Both the position numbers and the translations under genes were made by a program. From NCBI GenBank assembly GCA_964487115.1, contig CAZAPD010000096.1, forward strand, positions 1 through 12,522: 12,522 bases of DNA, read 5' to 3'. A model generated the notes under the pieces. The model was given only the letters and a program-made list of their open reading frames with translations. It ran no database searches and was not told the DNA's origin. This document shows, piece by piece, positions 7,175-12,522 of the stretch (positions are counted from its first letter, which is position 1; the number at the start of each line of letters is the position of its first letter). The stretch comes from an uncultured Thermococci archaeon. Lineage in GTDB: Archaea; Methanobacteriota_B; Thermococci; Thermococcales; Thermococcaceae.

Positions 7175-9000
7175 CCTGATCCCTCGATCCACTTTCTAAG
7201 CCAAAGTTCGAGTATGACCACCTTCCAAATAGCTTCCCCAATGAAGATACTCTTTGAACCATTTTTGCTTCTGTATATCTTGTGTATCTTTTTCCAGTCC
7301 CAATATTTTCTGCGTTTGAAAGATTCGGAGTTGATGATTTCCCATATGAACTCTCTGATCTCCTGTGAGTTTGCTATCTCCCTATCAGGAGTTGCAAAAC
7401 CAATTTTGTCCTTCCTATTAAGGATAACCTCAGGGACAATTCCCTTCAGAGCGTTTCTTAGCATGATCTTTGTAATCCCGTTTTTTATTTTAGCTTCGGG
7501 GGGCGTGGAGAGTACATATTCTACCAACTCTGGATCGAGAAAGGGTACTCTTGTTTCAATCGACCATCTCATAGCGTTTTTATCCTCAAACCTCAGCAAA
7601 TGCGGCAGGTTGTTTATCACGGCACTAATCAGGGCCTCGTTTAAGCCTTTTTTCTGGAATCTCGGGTCTTTACGGTTTTTGAATCTTTTGATGAACTCTT
7701 TTGAGAGGTAGGTACTGCGATTAAGTATCCATCTCTGTAGTTTTTCTGGTAGTAACAGCCCTGCAAAGTACTTTACTGCTTTGAAGGATCCAGTATTTTT
7801 TCTGTAGCTAATTACTTCTTTAATAAGCTGGCGCCACTTCAACTGTTTGAAAAGCTCATAATAGTAGTATCCAAAGAAGTAATGATACCCTGCTAGAATT
7901 TCATCGCTTCCCTGTCCATCCAGCAAAACCTTCATTGTGTGCTCCCGGGCAAGCTTCATAACTCGATACTGACCGTATATGCTCAGGGTGGAGAAGGGCT
8001 CCTCCTGTGTTTCAATTAAATCTTCAAGGTCGTTCAAGACTTCTTTGCTGGTAAAAGTGGTCTTGTACCATTCGACATTACACCTATCCACGACAGCTTT
8101 CTGATACCTGCTTTCATCTATTTCCAAACCAGGAAATACTAGAGAGAACGTCCGTATATTTTTATCTGGTTCGATTTGTCTCATAGCGCATACTACGCTT
8201 GAACTATCAAGACCACCACTCAAGCAGGATCCAACAGGAACATCAGCAATAAGCCTTCTCTTAACTGAGCGGAAGAATAATTCTCTGAACCTTTGAGGAT
8301 CTGCAGGTTCTTTTTTTGATCTTACATTGGCACGGAGGTTATAGTACTGGTGTATATCGAGAGTGCGGGTTTTTAAGTCAAAAACAAGATTGTGCCCAGG
8401 CATGAGTCTCTTTATTCCCTCAAAAAATGTTTCTTCCGTATGGTCTAAGAGGTTATAATAAAGGAAATCAAATATCATAGCATCGTTGGGTTTTCGTTTT
8501 ATGTCATGTTCCAATATCGCTCGGATCTCAGAGCTAAAGATGAGGTTGTTTCCATCGTAATAATAGTACAGAGGTTTTATCCCAAATCTGTCTCTACTTA
8601 AGAAAATCTTGTTCTTGTTTTTGTCGTATATTGCAAAAGCCCACATCCCATTGAACATCCTTACGCACTCTGGACCCCATTCCAGATATGCGGCCAGAAT
8701 GACCTCTGTATCTGTGTTGGATTTAAAAGAGTATCTCTCATCCTCCAATCTGCCCCTTAGTTCTATAAAGTTATATATTTCTCCATTATACACAATCCAA
8801 ACTTCGCGATTATCTTTTTTGTATTTCATCGGCTGGTGACCTCTGGGTGAGAGGTCAAGGATAGCAAGCCTAACATGACCTAGACTGACCTGATCATCGA
8901 TATAAACCCCTTCGTCATCTGGGCCTCTGTGCCTGATGGCATCATTCATCCTCCTAACTAAGGTCTCATCTGCCCATGAGAATCCGTTAATTCCACACAT
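7171..9000 (-). CDS. asnB: Asparagine synthase (glutamine-hydrolysing)-like amidotransferase, probably glycan-amidating
   Basis: 609 aa. It has the Ntn N-terminal 'MCGI', 'HRGPD', 'RLAILDLS', 'QPM', 'NGEIYN', the PP-loop 'SGGLDSS', 'GQGSDE', 'RVPFLD' and 'KIGF'. SD GGAGG is upstream. Confidence 0.93.
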   Translation of the reverse strand: MCGINGFSWADETLVRRMNDAIRHRGPDDEGVYIDDQVSLGHVRLAILDLSPRGHQPMKYKKDNREVWIVYNGEIYNFIELRGRLEDERYSFKSNTDTEVILAAYLEWGPECVRMFNGMWAFAIYDKNKNKIFLSRDRFGIKPLYYYYDGNNLIFSSEIRAILEHDIKRKPNDAMIFDFLYYNLLDHTEETFFEGIKRLMPGHNLVFDLKTRTLDIHQYYNLRANVRSKKEPADPQRFRELFFRSVKRRLIADVPVGSCLSGGLDSSSVVCAMRQIEPDKNIRTFSLVFPGLEIDESRYQKAVVDRCNVEWYKTTFTSKEVLNDLEDLIETQEEPFSTLSIYGQYRVMKLAREHTMKVLLDGQGSDEILAGYHYFFGYYYYELFKQLKWRQLIKEVISYRKNTGSFKAVKYFAGLLLPEKLQRWILNRSTYLSKEFIKRFKNRKDPRFQKKGLNEALISAVINNLPHLLRFEDKNAMRWSIETRVPFLDPELVEYVLSTPPEAKIKNGITKIMLRNALKGIVPEVILNRKDKIGFATPDREIANSQEIREFIWEIINSESFKRRKYWDWKKIHKIYRSKNGSKSIFIGEAIWKVVILELWLRKWIEGSG

Positions 9001-10074
9001 CTACACCCCTCCATAGAGTATTCTTACAATCCTTTTGCTCGCCTTTCCGTCCCCGAACCTGTACGAGTATGTCTCACCTCTTGGCTCAAAGCTCCGTATG
9101 GCGTTGAGAATCTTACTCTTATCCGCCCCAACGAGCACGTTCCAGCCGTCTTCTACTGTCTCAACCCATTCCGTCCTCGTTCTTAATGTTATGCAAGGAA
9201 CTTTCAGGAAGTACGCCTCCTTCTGAATCCCGCCGGAGTCGGTTAAAATCTTTCTGGCGTTCTCCTCAAGGATGAGCATGTCTAAGTAACCCACAGGAGG
9301 TATTAAAACAATGTTTGGGGCTTTTTCAATCCTTTCCATAAGCCCGTAGGCCTTCAGGTACTTCCGGGTCCTCGGGTGGGCTGGGAAGACTATCGGCTCT
9401 TCACTCTCGATGAGCGCATCGATGATGTTCTTCAGGTTCTCCCTGCTGTCAGTGTTCTCCGCCCGGTGAACCGTCGCCAGCAGGTACTTCCCGGGCCTCA
9501 GGCCAAGTTTTTCCAGAATGTTTGAGCTTTTCCTCGCGATTTCAATGTTATGGAGGAGGGCATCGTACATCACGTCCCCGGTCAGGTAAACTCCCTCCGT
9601 GATTCCCTCCTTCTGGAGGTTCTTCATCGCGGTTTCGGTGGGGGCGAAGAGGTAATCGCTGATGTGATCTGTCAGAACCCTGTTAATCTCTTCAGGCATC
9701 TTTTTATCAAAGCTCCTTAAACCTGCTTCAACGTGGGCCACCTTTATGTGAAGCTTAACAGCGGCGAGAGCGCCGGTGAGTGTCGAGTTCGTGTCCCCGT
9801 AAACTAAAACCAGATCAGGTCCCTCCTTCATCAGGACTTCTTCAATCCTCTTCAGCATTTCCCCTGTCTGGTGTCCGTGGCTTCCAGAGCCGACGCCGAG
9901 GTAGTACTCTGGTTCTGGAATACTCAGCTGTTCAAAGAATATCATGTTCATCTCGTAATCGTAATGCTGACCGGTGTGGATTACGATCTCCTCAAAGTAC
10001 TTCCTCAGCTCCCTTGAGACAGGGGCCATCTTGATGAACTGAGGTCTCGCTCCGACCACGGTTGCTATTTTCAT
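9001..10074 (-). CDS. wecB: Non-hydrolysing UDP-N-acetylhexosamine 2-epimerase (WecB family, WbpI-like subgroup)
   Basis: Motifs 'VGARPQFIK', 'HTGQHYD', 'VYGDTNS', 'HVEAGLRS', 'MPEEINR', 'TVHRAEN', 'TDSGGIQKEA' and 'TEWVET'. The start is likely ATG 10074, after the SD AGGTGA; 10080 is an alternative. Confidence 0.93.
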   Translation of the reverse strand: MKIATVVGARPQFIKMAPVSRELRKYFEEIVIHTGQHYDYEMNMIFFEQLSIPEPEYYLGVGSGSHGHQTGEMLKRIEEVLMKEGPDLVLVYGDTNSTLTGALAAVKLHIKVAHVEAGLRSFDKKMPEEINRVLTDHISDYLFAPTETAMKNLQKEGITEGVYLTGDVMYDALLHNIEIARKSSNILEKLGLRPGKYLLATVHRAENTDSRENLKNIIDALIESEEPIVFPAHPRTRKYLKAYGLMERIEKAPNIVLIPPVGYLDMLILEENARKILTDSGGIQKEAYFLKVPCITLRTRTEWVETVEDGWNVLVGADKSKILNAIRSFEPRGETYSYRFGDGKASKRIVRILYGGV

Positions 10075-10079
10075 TCCCA

Positions 10080-11180
10080 TCACCTGAAGCGGTATTGGAT
10101 GTCCGGATTCTCTCTGAACTTCTCCATGCTCTCGGGGTAGTTCTCAAGGAACCAGACCATGAACGACGTTATATCTATCTTCTCCTTGAGGAGTTTCTTC
10201 CTCTTCTTCTGCCATTCCTTCTTGAGGTTCTCCACCTGCACCAGCTCGAGGGCTTTTTGGATGGCTTTCTCCGGATCGCGGATGTTGAACATCAGCCCAA
10301 AGCGCTCCTCAAGCTCAATGAAGTTTCCCATGTCGTTTGGACCAACGAACTTGTTGCTCCTGATCGTTGGTGTTCCCAGTAACGCTCCCTCAGTTGCCAT
10401 CGTCTGTGTATCCGTGACGAGGAGCTTTGCGTAGTATATGACATCATGTATCCTGCTCTTGGGGACTTTAAGGACGTTGTCCTCGATCTCCCTCGGCACC
10501 TTGCCCTCTGCGGATATGAAAACCGTGGCGTGCTTTTCGAGTTCTTTTACAAGCCTTACCTTGTCCTCCCGTGTAAACCCCCTGATGCCAGCGTCGTGAA
10601 CGGCGTCAAAGGCGTTAAACCTCAGCAGGACGTAGTCTTCTCCTTTGGACACTCCAAGTTCGTCGAGAATGTCATCGCGCGGGGAATAGTAGTTTGGGTG
10701 TAGGTATGCCATCTCTTTGTAGCTGGCTATTTTGAGGTGCTTCCTACCGAGGTCATCTCTGAATGACTCGGGGGTTAGGAGGACATCAACGAAGGGCATG
10801 AACAGTTTGAACTGGACTGAATACGACAACGGGTTCACCCTGGGTTCGGAATCATTGAAGACAACGCAACCGCTCTTCAGCAAGAGGGAGGTGTAGGCAT
10901 CGTACACCCCAAACCCTGTCACCACGGCTGGCTTAAAATCTTTTAGATATTTGTACGCCCTTATAACGTCAAAGGGCAGGGCGAGTATCTTCCCGTATTT
11001 TGAGTTGGCCCTGTATGAGAAGATCGTGGCGTTGTACCCCAGCTCCCTGAGCAGGTCTCCTATCTCGCCGTACCTTCTGAACAGCAGTTTTACTTCGTTT
11101 CCCCTCTCCTCGAGGCTCCTGGCGATGTTACGGTAAAAGTGAAACTGGGCGGGAGTGTTGATGAAGATTCCAACCCTCAT
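10080..11180 (-). CDS. DUF354-type protein (predicted GT-B-fold glycosyltransferase-like)
   Basis: 366 aa from ATG 11180, with SD GGAGGT at 11188-11193 and an ATGA overlap with the GT2 stop. Motifs 'NTPAQFHFY', 'FNDSE', 'YKEMAYLHP', 'LLRF...A.HD' and 'TMATEGALLGTPTI' are recalled as characteristic of DUF354. Confidence 0.78.
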   Translation of the reverse strand: MRVGIFINTPAQFHFYRNIARSLEERGNEVKLLFRRYGEIGDLLRELGYNATIFSYRANSKYGKILALPFDVIRAYKYLKDFKPAVVTGFGVYDAYTSLLLKSGCVVFNDSEPRVNPLSYSVQFKLFMPFVDVLLTPESFRDDLGRKHLKIASYKEMAYLHPNYYSPRDDILDELGVSKGEDYVLLRFNAFDAVHDAGIRGFTREDKVRLVKELEKHATVFISAEGKVPREIEDNVLKVPKSRIHDVIYYAKLLVTDTQTMATEGALLGTPTIRSNKFVGPNDMGNFIELEERFGLMFNIRDPEKAIQKALELVQVENLKKEWQKKRKKLLKEKIDITSFMVWFLENYPESMEKFRENPDIQYRFR

Positions 11181-12070
11181 TTGTTGTACCTCCATGCCTC
11201 TATGAGACACGCTGAACCAAAGCTGAGTATTCCCAGTCCAAATATCTTGAGTGCTGTGTCGGTGGAGATCACAACAAATCCCAGCGAGGAGATGATGAGA
11301 ATAGTCCCAGCATAGTACAGTACCCCAAGAGGATGCCCCCTGCGGAGATACTTGATCCATACCCTCCACAGAAACGATTTTAAGAGGAACTTGCTCGTTG
11401 AAGAGGCGAATCTTAATATTTTAAGCTTAGATACCTCCCCAACCCGGTATCTTATTCTCACGGGCACGTTGATGACCCTGAGCCCTGCCACGTTTGCTTT
11501 TATAAGGACGTCGTTTTCAAATGCGTATCCCCTGTGGAGGGAATCCAAATCCAGTTTTTTGAGGGTTTCTGCAGAAATGGCAACGTATCCATTTTGAGGG
11601 TCGTTAACGTTCCAGTACCCGGAGGCAATCTTGTTCAAAACGTTCAGCAAAAACGTCCCAAAGATGCGTATCCACGGCATCTCTTTCCAGTGTTCCCCGT
11701 GAAATCTAGTGCCCTTGGCTATGTCAGCCCTTCCCTCCACTATCGGGTCAAGAAGTTTTGGCAGGTATGCGGGATCCATCTGGTTATCCCCAGCCATAAC
11801 AGCGAGAACGTCCATACCTTCCTCCAATCCCCGCTTCCAGCCTGACACAATGGCACCGCCCACGCCCCGATTTTTTTCATGACGTGTTAGCTCAACTCTT
11901 CTGTCCCTTTTTATAATTTCTCTGACCACGTCCGAGGTTTTGTCGGTTGAAGCATCATCAACTACATATATCCTGTCCACAAAGTCAGGCATCTCCTCTA
12001 TGGTTCTCCCTATCAATTTTTCCTCATTGTAGGCGGGAACTGAGACTCCAATCTTTTTGCCCCTATACAT
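11177..12070 (-). CDS. Glycosyltransferase family 2, DPM1/polyprenol-phosphate sugar synthase-like, with two C-terminal TM helices
   Basis: 297 aa. Motifs 'VPAYNEE', 'VVDDASTD', 'NRGVGGA', 'MAGDNQMDP', 'GTRF', 'DPQNGY' and 'YAFE'. The C-terminus is hydrophobic. Confidence 0.9.
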   Translation of the reverse strand: MYRGKKIGVSVPAYNEEKLIGRTIEEMPDFVDRIYVVDDASTDKTSDVVREIIKRDRRVELTRHEKNRGVGGAIVSGWKRGLEEGMDVLAVMAGDNQMDPAYLPKLLDPIVEGRADIAKGTRFHGEHWKEMPWIRIFGTFLLNVLNKIASGYWNVNDPQNGYVAISAETLKKLDLDSLHRGYAFENDVLIKANVAGLRVINVPVRIRYRVGEVSKLKILRFASSTSKFLLKSFLWRVWIKYLRRGHPLGVLYYAGTILIISSLGFVVISTDTALKIFGLGILSFGSACLIEAWRYNK

Positions 12071-12083
12071 AGATGGACACCCG

Positions 12084-12521
12084 TTACTGGGGAATGTAGC
12101 CCACTCTGTAATACCTGAATCCTAGTTTTTTAGCCTTTTCTGGATCGAGGACGTTCCTCCCGTCCACTATAACCTTGGTGCGCATCTCCCCTGCCAGTCT
12201 CTCAAGGTCGAGTTCCTTGAATTCTTTGTGATCAGCGGTTATGACTATCGCGTCAACCTCTTTGAAGTCCTCCTTCCACTTGCCACCGAAGCGCTCCGCA
12301 TCTTCAGGAGTGCACAGCGGGTCGTAAGCGTAAACGTTGGCCCCCCATTCTTTTAGCTCTTTGATTATTGGGATAGCTGCACTCTTCATGAACTCCCTTA
12401 CACCACCCCTGAAAGTTAAGCCCAGCACGAGAATGTTGCTTCCCTTCAAAGGCTTTCCAACTTCATTGAGGCCCTTTGCTGTGAGTTCAACGATGTGATG
12501 CGGCATGGAGTCGTTAATCTC
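12084..12521 (-). CDS. Nucleotide-sugar 6-dehydrogenase (UDP-glucose/GDP-mannose dehydrogenase family, WecC/WbpA-like), C-terminal part only
   Basis: The frame stays open to the window edge and reads EINDSMPHH (family motif 'xINDxMP'), then 'ILVLGLTF', 'YAYDP', 'DAIVITADHKEF' and 'IVDGRN'. ATG 12506 is internal. Confidence 0.9.
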   Translation of the reverse strand, partial: EINDSMPHHIVELTAKGLNEVGKPLKGSNILVLGLTFRGGVREFMKSAAIPIIKELKEWGANVYAYDPLCTPEDAERFGGKWKEDFKEVDAIVITADHKEFKELDLERLAGEMRTKVIVDGRNVLDPEKAKKLGFRYYRVGYIPQ

Positions 12522-12522
12522 T

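Noticed and set aside
7175..7192. ORF-track start of GT4 at 7192, and similarly the GTG starts at 4565 and 10083
   Set aside because: Downstream ATGs at 7174, 4556 and 10074 fit SD spacing and family N-termini better. The two GTGs are part of the GGTGA SD itself.
7214..7711. 165-aa plus-strand ORF and the other 60-106 aa alternative ORFs in the track
   Set aside because: They lie antisense or out of frame within well-supported genes and show no recognisable motifs, so they are treated as shadow ORFs.
11181..11369. 63-aa N-terminal extension of the 429-aa ORF
   Set aside because: It overlaps the GT2 coding region and has atypical composition. ATG 11180 has a strong GGAGGT SD and ATGA coupling.
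12084..12506. A standalone 140-aa protein starting at ATG 12506
   Set aside because: The frame continues to the window edge through the conserved EINDSMP motif, so it is the C-terminal part of a longer dehydrogenase.

Overview
This window is an archaeal surface-glycan/polysaccharide biosynthesis locus, most likely from a Thermococcales genome. That assignment is inferred from GGTGA/GGAGG Shine-Dalgarno sites, AGA/AGG/ATA codon use and protein style. A tightly packed minus-strand operon enters from the right edge. In order it encodes a nucleotide-sugar dehydrogenase (partial), a DPM1-like GT2, a DUF354-type protein, a WbpI/WecB-type 2-epimerase, an AsnB-like amidotransferase, a GT4, an alkaline-phosphatase-superfamily enzyme, a ~606-aa polytopic membrane protein with GT-C/AglB-like motif layout but no WWDYG, and a PAPS-dependent sulfotransferase. 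The operon converges on a plus-strand Wzx-type flippase, and the two stop codons share one TTAA. Upstream of the flippase are the 3' end of a winged-HTH ORF and a phased TGAGTCAA repeat array with a palindrome. Composition is mosaic: spot-checked lines give about 50-57% GC right of ~9000 and about 22-40% GC left of it, with a GC-rich patch inside the GT4 gene. The most interesting reading is a lipid-linked pathway for a sulfated and amidated aminouronic-acid glycan, exported by Wzx and transferred or polymerised by an uncharacterised GT-C protein. No RNA genes, CRISPR arrays or transposases were seen. All family calls rest on motif recognition, not database searches.
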